A stretch of DNA of 64,000 nt. Origin: Okamejei kenojei (lineage: Eukaryota). Where the stretch lies: contig CM069140.1 of NCBI GenBank assembly GCA_035221665.1, forward strand, positions 16,244,001 through 16,308,000, written 5' to 3'. Position 1 is the stretch's first letter; each line of letters starts with the position of its first letter. Shown piece after piece: positions 11,101 to 23,100 of the stretch. The position numbers were made by a program, and so were the translations under genes. The notes beneath the pieces are model-generated. The model was given only the letters and a program-made list of their open reading frames with translations, was not told the origin of the DNA and ran no database searches.

Positions 11101-14100
11101 TACGGTCCCCAAAGTCTACCCCGCTCATGTGGAGGTGGAGTGGCTGAAAGGAACAACGGTGCTGAAGACCGACACCTTCCATGAATACACAGAGGAAGAA
11201 ACGGCGATGAACTTCACCTACGAACTCACGGCCGAATTGCGAGACTCGGGACAAGAGCTGACATGCCGAGTGCAATTACTCACGGACAACCAACCACGCA
11301 AGGCCGAGGGGACTCTAACGTTACAGGTTCACTGTAAGTATGGAGACAGATATATAACATTGAGAAAGGAGTCCCAGTTATAGACGTAGTCTGGACAATG
11401 GCTTGAGTCGCCCGCCTTTAATGTACTGAATGATCCCATCTCCTTCTACAGATGCTCCCACAGGGATTAACATTACTGCGGAGCCCTCTGCCACAGTGAG
11501 AGAGGGTCAGGATGTTTGGCTAACCTGTGCTGCAGACAGCAGCCCCGCTGCCAGGATTGTGTGGAGCAAGTTATCCGCCGGCAACTGGTCAGTCGTGGCC
11601 AAGGACCGAGCGATTCTGCACCTGTCACCCGCCCAGTTCGGGGACACGGGAATGTACCGTTGTGAAGCCAGCAATAAACTGGGGACAATCACCAAGGAGG
11701 TGGAATTCCATGTTCAAGGTGCGTGGGTTTCACTATTGTAATTTTACTATCAGTGTTATAGGAAAGACGTGGTCAAGCTGGAAAGGGTGCAGAGAAGATT
11801 TACCAGGATGTCGCCAGGGCTAGAGGGTCTGAGCTATAGGGAGAGGTTGGGCAGGCTGGGCCTCTATTCCTTGGAGCGCAGATGAGGGGTGATCTTATAG
11901 AGGTGTGTAAATCATGAGAGGAATAGATCAGGTGGATGCAGAGTCTTTTGCCCAGAGTGGGTGCATTGATGACCAGGCATAGGTTTATGGTGAAGGGGAA
12001 AATATTAAATAGGAATCTGAGAGGTACCTTTTTCACACAAAGGGTGGTGGGTGTATGGAACAAGCTGCTAGAGGAGGTAGTGGAGGTAGGGACCATCCAA
12101 ACATTTAAGAAACAGTTAACCAGGTACATGGGTAGGACAGGTTTGGAGGGACATGGACCAAATACGGGCAGGGGGGACTAGTGTAGCTGGGACATGATGG
12201 CTGGTGTGGGCAAGTTGGGCCGAAGGGCCTGTATCACTTTATGACTCTGTTTCTTTGCACGGATTTGGCTAAACTTTTTGCAATTCATTAATTTCTCACG
12301 CCTCTGGTCTCAGGTTGCCCCAGGAACACCACTCTCTCCATCACCCCCTCTGCTGTGAAGGAAGGAGACAGGGTCACGTTCAGCTGCACAACCCAGTCCA
12401 ACCCCCCTGCCCAGCTTGTACTGAGGAGGCAGTCATCGAGCGGATGGAGCGAGCTAGACTCTGAGAATGGGACATTGACAATCCGTGCTGTCCAGCCAGC
12501 TGATGCAGGGCTGTATCAATGTGAGGCCATTAATGATCTGGGGGAGCAAATCAACAGCAACAAACTCCAGGTTCAAGGTTTGTATGTGAATCAATGAGAA
12601 ATTTACAGGAACTGAATGTGAAAAGTATTTTCACTTGAATTATTATGAGAGGGGGAAAGAATGATTTGGATTTATGGGGGAGCATTCATACCATTCAGGA
12701 CTACGCAAACACTTTATCACAAATAAAGTGCCTTTGACTTGTGCAGCAACGAAATGTGGTGCAGCACATTCTCACAAAGAGCAATGTGAGGAAAACCAAT
12801 TAGTTGTGATGATGGAGAAAAATAAATTGTACTAGACTAAGTGGGACCCGTTGGGTCCCAGCTTCACACGGGAGGGCTGGTCCCCCAATGCAATATTCCA
12901 CCTCTCCACCAATTCCAATATTGCTGGCCAGTGAGTGGGGGTTGGGGGGGGGTGGGGGTGGTGGTGGTTCTGGAGCGCTACTATGTGTGTTTCCAGAGGG
13001 CTAGTATGAACATTGTGGGCTGAAAGGATTCTTGGGCTGGCAGCTCAATCACTCAGGCCAGGCAGTTCAGTCACTCTGGCGAGGCAGCTCAGTCACTCTG
13101 GCCAGGCAGCATTTTAGAACCAATAGAGACACTTTTTGTAGGCATTTTAGAACCAATAGAGACACTTTTTGCAAGCATTTTAGAACCAATAGAGACACTT
13201 TCTGCAAGCATTTTAGAACCAATAGACACTTTCTGCAAGCATTTTAGAACCAATAGACACCTTCTGCAAGCATTTTACAACCAATAGAGACACTTTCTGC
13301 AAGCATTTTAGAACCACATTAAGGGCACTCACAGTTGAGTAGACATGTGTTCAGTACTATTCAGAGCTCAGAGACACGTGACCCTCTGGCTTCCTCCATC
13401 TTGCAGAGACTGAGTGAGGCACACCACTTCCTGGTTTTATAGTCCCTCCCCCTCCCTCCAGCAGGGGCAGCAGAGAGAATGGCAAATTAAAAAAATAATA
13501 ATATATCTCTGATTTTTCATTGATGGGAAATATCCTCTGGTCCAGGAAGGCGGAGGGGGGCTCTGAGCGAGCTGGCCAGAAATGACGGCCGTAGGTGGCG
13601 ACGTTCTCTCGGAAATCACATCATAGTGAGCCAAAAGCGGTCAAGATCAGACTTTTATATATATATATATATGCTGATTTACAACAACAAAAAGGCACAA
13701 AGTTCTGCAGTAACTCATTGTGTCAGGTAACATCCCTGGAGAACATAGATGGGTAACGTTTCAAGTTGGGATCCTTCTTCAGACAGGTGTTGGTTTAGTG
13801 ATAAATATTGACTAGGATGCTAGAATAAACTGGGCAGATTTCTGCCACTTTAAATTTAAAATTGTGTGAAAGAATCTTTTATGTCAACTAGAGGGGGCTT
13901 TAATTTAACAACTTGTGTGAAAGTGTAACTAACTGCTGCCATCCTTTGGATCGGGACTGGAGAGACTTTCTAGCTTTTTGTGCCAAATTCCTTGAACAGA
14001 AACTTGAGCTCACAAGTCATGGTGATTATTATAAATTGCAATAATCTATGATTGTAAAAATCATTAATAGACATCATGAGATGAATAGATCGGGTAGATG

Positions 14101-17100
14101 CACATAGTCTCTTGCCCAGAGTAGGTGAATCAAGGACCAGAGAACATAGGTTTAATGTGTAGGGGAAAAGACGTAATAGGAATCTGAGGGGTAACTTTTT
14201 TACACCTAGGGTGGTGGGTGTATGGAACCAGCTGCTGGAGGAGGTAGTTGAGGCTGGGACTATCACAACATTTAAGAAACAGTTAGACAAGAACATGGAT
14301 AGGACAGGTTTGGAGGGACATGGACCAAACACGGGCAGGCGGGACTAGTGTAGCTGGGACATGATGGCTGGTGTGGGCAAGTTGCGCTGAAGGGCCTGTT
14401 TCCACACTGTATCACTTTATGACTATGACTATGTTTCTTTGCACAGATTTGGCTTGACATTTTGCAATTCATTAATTTCTCACGCCTCTGGTCTCAGGTT
14501 GCCCCAGGGACACCACTCTCTCCATCACCCCCTCTGCTGTGAAGGAAGGAGACAGGGTCACCTTCAGCTGCACAACCCAGTCCAACCCCCCTGCCCAGCT
14601 TGTACTGAGGAGGCAGTCATCGAGCGGATGGAGTGAGCTAGACTCTGAGAATGGGACATTGATAATCCATGCTGTCCAGCCTGCTGATGCAGGGCTGTAT
14701 CAATGTGAGGCCATTAATGATCTGGGGAAGCAAATCAACAGCAACAAACTCCAGGTTCAAGGTTTGTATGTAAATCAATGAGAAATTTATTGGAACTGAA
14801 TGTGAAAAGTATTTTCACTTGAATTATTACGAGAGGGGGAAAGAATGATTTGGATTTATGGGGGAGCATTCATACCATCCAGGACTACGCAAACACTTTA
14901 TCACCAATAAAGTGCCTTTGACTTGTGCAGCAACGAAATGTGGTGCAGCACATTCTCACAAAGAGCAATGTGAGGAAAACCAATTAGTTGTGATGATGGA
15001 GAAAAATAAATTGTACTAGACTAAGTGGGACCCGTTGGGTCCCAGCTTCACACGGGAGGGCTGGTCCCCCAATGCAATATTCCACCTCTCCACCAATTCC
15101 AATATTGCTGGCCAGTGAGTGGGGGTTGGGGGGGGGGGTGGGGGTGGTGGTGGTTCTGGAGCGCTAGTATGTGTGTTTCCAGAGGGCTAGTATGAACATT
15201 GTGGGCTGAAAGGATTCTTGGGCTGGCAGCTCAATCACTCTGGCCAGGCAGTTCAGTCACTCTGGCCAGGCAGTTCAGTCACTCTCGCGAGGCAGCTCAG
15301 TCACTCTGGCCAGGCAGCATTTTAGAACCAATAGAGACACTTTTTGTAGGCATTTTAGAACCAATAGAGACACTTTTTGCAAGCATTTTAGAACCAATAG
15401 AGACACTTTCTGCAAGCATTTTAGAACCAATAGACACTTTCTGCAAGCATTTTAGAACCAATAGACACCTTCTGCAAGCATTTTACAACCAATAGAGACA
15501 CTTTCTGCAAGCATTTTAGAACCACATTAAGGGCACTCACAGTTGAGTAGACATGTGTTCAGTACTATTCAGAGCTCAGAGACACGTGACCCTCTGGCTT
15601 CCTCCATCTTGCAGAGACTGAGTGAGGCACACCACTTCCTGGTTTTATAGTCCCTCCCCCTCCCTCCAGCAGGGGCAGCAGAGAGAATGGCAAATTAAAA
15701 AAATAATAATATATCTCTGATTTTTCATTGATGGGAAATATCCTCTGGTCCAAGAAGGCGGAGGGGGGCTCTGAGCGAGCTGGCCAGAAATGACGGCCGT
15801 AGGTGGCGACGTTCTCTCGGAAATCACATCATAGTGAGCCAAAAGCGGTCAAGATCAGACTTTTATATATATATATATGCTGATTTACAACAACAAAAAG
15901 GCACAAAGTTCTGCAGTAACTCATTGTGTCAGGTAACATCCCTGGAGAACATAGATGGGTAACGTTTCAAGTTGGGATCCTTCTTCAGACAGGTGTTGGT
16001 TTAGTGATAAATATTGACTAGGATGCTAGAATAAACTGGGCAGATTTCTGCCACTTTAAATTTAAAATTGTGTGAAAGAATCTTTTATGTCAACTAGAGG
16101 GGGCTTTAATTTAACAACTTGTGTGAAAGTGTAACTAACTGCTGCCATCCTTTGGATCGGGACTGGAGAGACTTTCTAGCTTTTTGTGCCAAATTCCTTG
16201 AACAGAAACTTGAGCTCACAAGTCATGGTGATTATTATAAATTGCAATAATCTATGATTGTAAAAATCATTAATAGACATCATGAGATGAATAGATCGGG
16301 TAGATGCACATAGTCTCTTGCCCAGAGTAGGTGAATCAAGGACCAGAGAACATAGGTTTAATGTGTAGGGGAAAAGACGTAATAGGAATCTGAGGGGTAA
16401 CTTTTTTACACCTAGGGTGGTGGGTGTATGGAACCAGCTGCTGGAGGAGGTAGTTGAGGCTGGGACTATCACAACATTTAAGAAACAGTTAGACAAGAAC
16501 ATGGATAGGACAGGTTTGGAGGGACATGGACCAAACACGGGCAGGCGGGACTAGTGTAGCTGGGCCATGATGGCTGGTGTGGGCAAGTTGCGCTGAAGGG
16601 CCTGTTTCCACACTGTATCACTTTATGACTATGACTATGTTTCTTTGCACAGATTTGGCTTGACATTTTGCAATTCATTAATTTCTCACGCCTCTGGTCT
16701 CAGGTTGCCCCAGGGACACCACTCTCTCCATCACCCCCTCTGCTGTGAAGGAAGGAGACAGGGTCACGTTCAGCTGCACAACCCAGTCCAACCCCCCTGC
16801 CCAGCTTGTACTGAGGAGGCAGTCATCGAGCGGATGGAGTGAGCTAGACTCTGAGAATGGGACATTGACAATCCATGCTGTCCAGCCAGCTGATGCAGGG
16901 CTGTATCAATGTGAGGCCATTAATGATCTGGGGAAGCAAATCAACAGCAACAAACTCCAGGTTCAAGGTTTGTATGTAAATCAATGAGAAATTTATTGGA
17001 ACTGAATGTGAAAAGTATTTTCACTTGAATTATTACGAGAGGGGGAAAGAATGATTTGGATTTATGGGGGAGCATTCATACCATCCAGGACTACGCAAAC

Positions 17101-20100
17101 ACTTTATCACCAATAAAGTGCCTTTGACTTGTGCAGCAACGAAATGTGGTGCAGCACATTCTCACAAAGAGCAATGTGAGGAAAACCAATTAGTTGTGAT
17201 GATGGGGAAAAATAAATTGTATGTGCTGATTTACAACAACAAAAAGACACAATCTTCTGGAATAACTCAGTGTGTCAGGTAACATCCCTGGAGAACATAG
17301 GTGGGTAACATTTCAAGTTGGGATCCTTCTTCAGACTGACGTTGGTTTAGTGATAAATATTGACCAGGATGCTAGAATAAACTGGGCAGAACTCTGCCAC
17401 TTTAAATTTAAAATTGTGTGACATAATCTTTTATGTCAACTAGAGGGTGTTTTAATTTAACAACTTGTGTGAAAGTGTAAAATGATGAAAGGGATAGACA
17501 GAGTTGACGTGGATAAGCTTTTCCCATTGAGGGTAGGGAAGATTCAAACAAGAGGGCATGACATGAGAATTAAGGGACAGAAGTTTAGGGGTAACATGAG
17601 GGGGATCATCTTTACTCGGAGAGTGGTGGCTGTGTGGAATGAGCTTCCAGCAGAAGTGGTGGAGGCAGGATTGATTTTAACATTTAAAAGTATATGGACG
17701 GGAAGGGAATGGAGGGGTATGGTCTGAGTGCAGGTAGATGGGACTAGGGGAAAATAAATGGTCGGCATGGACTGATAGGACCAAAAGGGCATGTTTCCGT
17801 GCTGTAATTGTTATATGGTTATATGGTTATATATGGTAACTAACTGCTGCCATCCTTTGGCACAGGATTGGAGAGACTTTCTAGCTTTTTGTGCCGAATT
17901 CCTTGAACAGAAACTTGAGCTCACAAGTCATGGTGATTATTATAAATTGCAATAATCTATGATTGTAAAAATCATTAATAGACATCATGAGATGAATAGA
18001 TCGGGTAGATGCACATAGTCTCTTGCCCAGAGTAGGTGAATCAAGGACCAGAGAACATAGGTTTAATGTGTAGGGGAAAAGACGTAATAGGAATCTGAGG
18101 GGTAACTTTTTTACACCTAGGGTAGTGGGTGTATGGAACCAGCTGCTGGAGGAGGTAGTTGAGGCTGGGACTATCCCAACATTTAAGAAACAGTTAGACA
18201 AGAACATGGATAGGACAGGTTTGGAGGGACATGGACCAAACACGGGCAGGCGGGACTAGTGTAGCTGGGACATGATGGCTGGTGTGGGCAAGTTGCGCTG
18301 AAGGGCCTGTTTCCACACTGTATCACTTTATGACTATGACTATGTTTCTTTGCACAGATTTGGCTTGACATTTTGCAATTCATTAATTTCTCACGCCTCT
18401 GGTCTCAGGTTGCCCCAGGGACACCACTCTCTCCATCACCCCCTCTGCTGTGAAGGAAGGAGACAGGGTCACGTTCAGCTGCACAACCCAGTCTAACCCC
18501 CCTGCCCAGCTTGTACTGAGGAGGCAGTCATCGAGCGGATGGAGCGAGCTAGACTCTGAGAATGGGACATTGACAATCCATGCTGTCCAGCCTGCTGATG
18601 CAGGGCTGTATCAATGTGAGGCCATTAATGATCTGGGGAAGCAAATCAACAGCAACAAACTCCAGGTTCAAGGTTTGTATGAAATCAATGAGAAATTTAC
18701 AGGATTCCCCTGAATGTGAAAAGTATTTTCACTTGAATTATTATGAGGTGGGAAAGAATGATTTGGATTTATGGGGGAGCATTCATACCATCCAGGACTA
18801 CGCAAACACTTTATCACCAATAAAGTGCCTTTGACCTGTGCAGCAACGAAATGTGGTGCAGCACATTCTCACAAAGAGCAATGTGAGGAAAACCAATTAG
18901 TTGTAATGATGGAGAAATATAAATTGTATATGCTGATTTACAACAACAAAAAGACACAATGTTCTGGAGTAACTCAGTGTGTCAGGTAACATCCCTGGAG
19001 AACATAGATGGGTAACATTTGGTTTAGTGATAAATATTGACCAGGATGCTAGAATAAACTGGGCAGAACTCTGCCACTTGAAATTTAAAATTGTGTGACA
19101 GAATCTTTTATGTCAACTAGAAGGGGTTTTAATTTAACAACTTGTGTGAAAGTGTAAAATGATGAAAGGGATAGACAGAGTTGACGTGGATAAGCTTTTC
19201 CCATTGAGGGTAGGGAAGATTCAAACAAGATGGCATGACATGAGAATTAAGGGACAGAAGTTTAGGGGTAACATGAGGGGGATCTTCTTTACTCGGAGAG
19301 TGGTGGCTGTGTGGAATGAGCTTCCAGCAGAAGTGGTGGAGGCAGGATTGATTTTAACATTTAAAAGTATATGGACGGGAAGGGAATGGAGGGGTATGGT
19401 CTGAGTGCAGGTAGATGGGACTAGGGGAAAATAAATGGTCGGCATGGACTGATAGGACCAAAAGGGCATGTTTCCGTGCTGTAATTGTTATATGGTTATA
19501 TGGTTATATATGGTAACTAACTGCTGCCATCCTTTGGCACAGGATTGGAGAGACTTTCTAGCTTTTTGTGCCGAATTCCTTGAACAGAAACTTGAGCTCA
19601 CAAGTCATGGTGATTATTATAAATTGCAATAATCTATGATTGTAAAAATCATTAATAGACATCATGAGATGAATAGATCGGGTAGATGCACATAGTCTCT
19701 TGCCCAGAGTAGGTGAATCAAGGACCAGAGAACATAGGTTTAATGTGTAGGGGAAAAGACGTAATAGGAATCTGAGGGGTAACTTTTTTACACCTAGGGT
19801 AGTGGGTGTATGGAACCAGCTGCTGGAGGAGGTAGTTGAGGCTGGGACTATCCCAACATTTAAGAAACAGTTAGACAAGAACATGGATAGGACAGGTTTG
19901 GAGGGACATGGACCAAACACGGGCAGGCGGGACTAGTGTAGCTGGGACATGATGGCTGGTGTGGGCAAGTTGCGCTGAAGGGCCTGTTTCCACACTGTAT
20001 CACTTTATGACTATGACTATGTTTCTTTGCACAGATTTGGCTTGACATTTTGCAATTCATTAATTTCTCACGCCTCTGGTCTCAGGTTGCCCCAGGGACA

Positions 20101-23100
20101 CCACTCTCTCCATCACCCCCTCTGCTGTGAAGGAAGGAGACAGGGTCACGTTCAGCTGCACAACCCAGTCTAACCCCCCTGCCCAGCTTGTACTGAGGAG
20201 GCAGTCATCGAGCGGATGGAGCGAGCTAGACTCTGAGAATGGGACATTGACAATCCATGCTGTCCAGCCTGCTGATGCAGGGCTGTATCAATGTGAGGCC
20301 ATTAATGATCTGGGGAAGCAAATCAACAGCAACAAACTCCAGGTTCAAGGTTTGTATGAAATCAATGAGAAATTTACAGGATTCCCCTGAATGTGAAAAG
20401 TATTTTCACTTGAATTATTACGAGAGGGGGAAAGAATGATTTGGATTTATGGGGGAGCATTCATATCATCCAGGACTACGCAAACACTTTATCACCAATA
20501 AAGTGCCTTTGACCTGTGCAGCAACGAAATGTGGTGCAGCACATTCTCACAAAGAGCAATGTGAGGAAAACCAATTAGTTGTAATGATGGAGAAATATAA
20601 ATTGTATATGCTGATTTACAACAACAAAAAGACACAATGTTCTGGAGTAACTCAGTGTGTCAGGTAACATCCCTGGAGAACATAGATGGGTAACATTTGG
20701 TTTAGTGATAAATATTGACCAGGATGCTAGAATAAACTGGGCAGAACTCTGGCACTTGAAATTTAAAATTGTGTGACAGAATCTTTTATGTCAACTAGAG
20801 GGGGTTTTAATTTAACAACTTGTGTGAAAGTGTAAAATGATGAAAGGGATAGACAGAGTTGACGTGGATAAGCTTTTCCCATTGAGGGTAGGGAAGATTC
20901 AAACAAGAGGGCATGACATGAGAATTAAGGGACAGAAGTTTAGGGGTAACATGAGGGGGATCTTCTTTACTCGGAGAGTGGTGGCTGTGTGGAATGAGCT
21001 TCCAGCAGAAGTGGTGGAGGCAGGATCGATTTTAACATTTAAAAGTATATGGAAGGGAATGGAGGGGTATGGTCTGAGTGCAGGTAGATGGGACTAGGGG
21101 AAAATAAATGGTCGGCACGGACTGATAGGACCGAAAGGGCCTGTTTCCGTGCTGTAATTGTTATATGGTTATATGGTTATGTATGGTAACTAACTGCTGC
21201 CATCCTTTGGCAGAGGATTGGAGAGACTTTCTAGCTTTTGTGCCAAATTCCTTGAACGGAAACTTGAGCTCACAAGTCATGGTGATTATTATAAATTGCA
21301 ATAATCTATGATTGTAAAAATCATTAATAGACATCATGAGATGAATAGATCGGGTAGATGCACATAGTCTCTTGCCCAGAGTAGGTGAATCAAGGACCAG
21401 AGAACATAGGTTTAATGTGTAGGGGAAAAGACGTAATAGGAATCTGAGGGGTAACTTTTTTACACCTAGGGTGGTGGGTGTATGGAACCAGCTGCTGGAG
21501 GAGGTAGTTGAGGCTGGGACTATCCCAACATTTAAGAAACAGTTAGACAAGAACATGGATAGGACAGGTTTGGAGGGATAAGGACCAAACACGGGCAGGC
21601 GGGACTAGTGTAGCTGGGACATGATGGCTGGTGTGGGCAAGTTGCGCTGAAGGGCCTGTTTCCACACTGTATTACTTTATGACTATGACTATGTTTCTTT
21701 GCACGGATTTGGCTTAACTTTTTGCAATTCATTAATTTCTCACGCCTCTGGTCTCAGGTTGCCCCAGGGACACCACTCTCTCCATCACCCCCTCTGCTGT
21801 GAAGGAAGGAGACAGGGTCACGTTCAGCTGCACAACCCAGTCCAACCCCCCTGCCCAGCTTGTACTGAGGAGGCAGTCATCGAGCGGATGGAGCGAGCTT
21901 GACTCTGAGAATGGGACATTGACAATCCGTGCTGTCCAGCCAGCTGATGCAGGGCTGTATCAATGTGTGGCCATTAATGATCTGGGGGAGCAAATCAACA
22001 GCAACAAACTCCAGGTTCAAGGTTTGTATGCAAATCAATGAGAAATTTACAGGAACTGAATGTGAAAAGTATTTTCACTTGAATTATTACGAGAGGGGGA
22101 AAGAATGATTTGGATTTATAGGGGAGCATTCATACCATCCAGGACTACGCAAACACTTTATCACCAATAAAGTGCCTTTGACCTGTGCAGCAACGAAATG
22201 TGGTGCAGCACATTCTCACAAAGAGCAATGTGACGAAAACCAATTAGTTGTGATGATGGAGAAAAATTAATTGTATGTGCTGATTTACAACACCAAAAAG
22301 ACACAATGTTCTGGAGTAACTCAGTGTGTCAGGTAACATCCCTGGAGAACATAGATGGGTAACTTTTCAAGTTGGGATCCTTCTTCAGACTGATGTTGGT
22401 TTAGTGATAAATATTGACCAGGATGCTAGAATAAACTGGGCAGAACTCTGCCACTTTAAATTTAAAATTGTGTGACAGAATATTTTATGTCAACTAGAGG
22501 GGGTTTTAATTTAACTTGTGTAAAATGATGAAAGGGATAGACAGAGTTGACGTGGATAAGCTTTTCCCATTGAGGGTAGGGAAGATTCAAACAAGACGGC
22601 ATGACATGAGAATTAAGGGACAGAAGTTTAGGGGTAACATGAGGTGGAACTTCTTTACTCCAAGAGTGGCGGCTGTGTGGAATGAGCTTCCAGCAGAAGT
22701 GGTGGAGGCAGGATCGATTTTAACATTTAAAAGTATATGGACGGGAAGGGAATGGAGGGGTATGGTCTGAGTGCAGGTAGATGGGACTAGGGGAAAATAA
22801 ATGGTCGGCACGGACTGATAGGACCAAAATGGCCTGTTTCCGTACTGTAATTGTTATATGGTTATATGGTTATGTATGGTAACTAACTGCTGCCATCCTT
22901 TGGCACAGGATTGGAGAGACTTTCTAGCTTTTTGTGCCGAATTCCTTGAACAGAAACTTGAGCTCACCAGTCATGGTGATTATTATAAATTGCAATAATC
23001 TATGATTGTAAAAATCATTAATAGACATCATGAGATGAATAGATCGGGTAGATGCACATAGTCTCTTGCCCAGGGTAGGTGAATCAAGGACCAGAGAACA

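Noticed and set aside
13108-13318. Regular ~31-33-bp repeats resembling a CRISPR array (also 15316-15525 and 59950-61220)
   Set aside because: There are no unique spacers and no cas genes, and the context is eukaryotic. They are minisatellites inside Helitrons.
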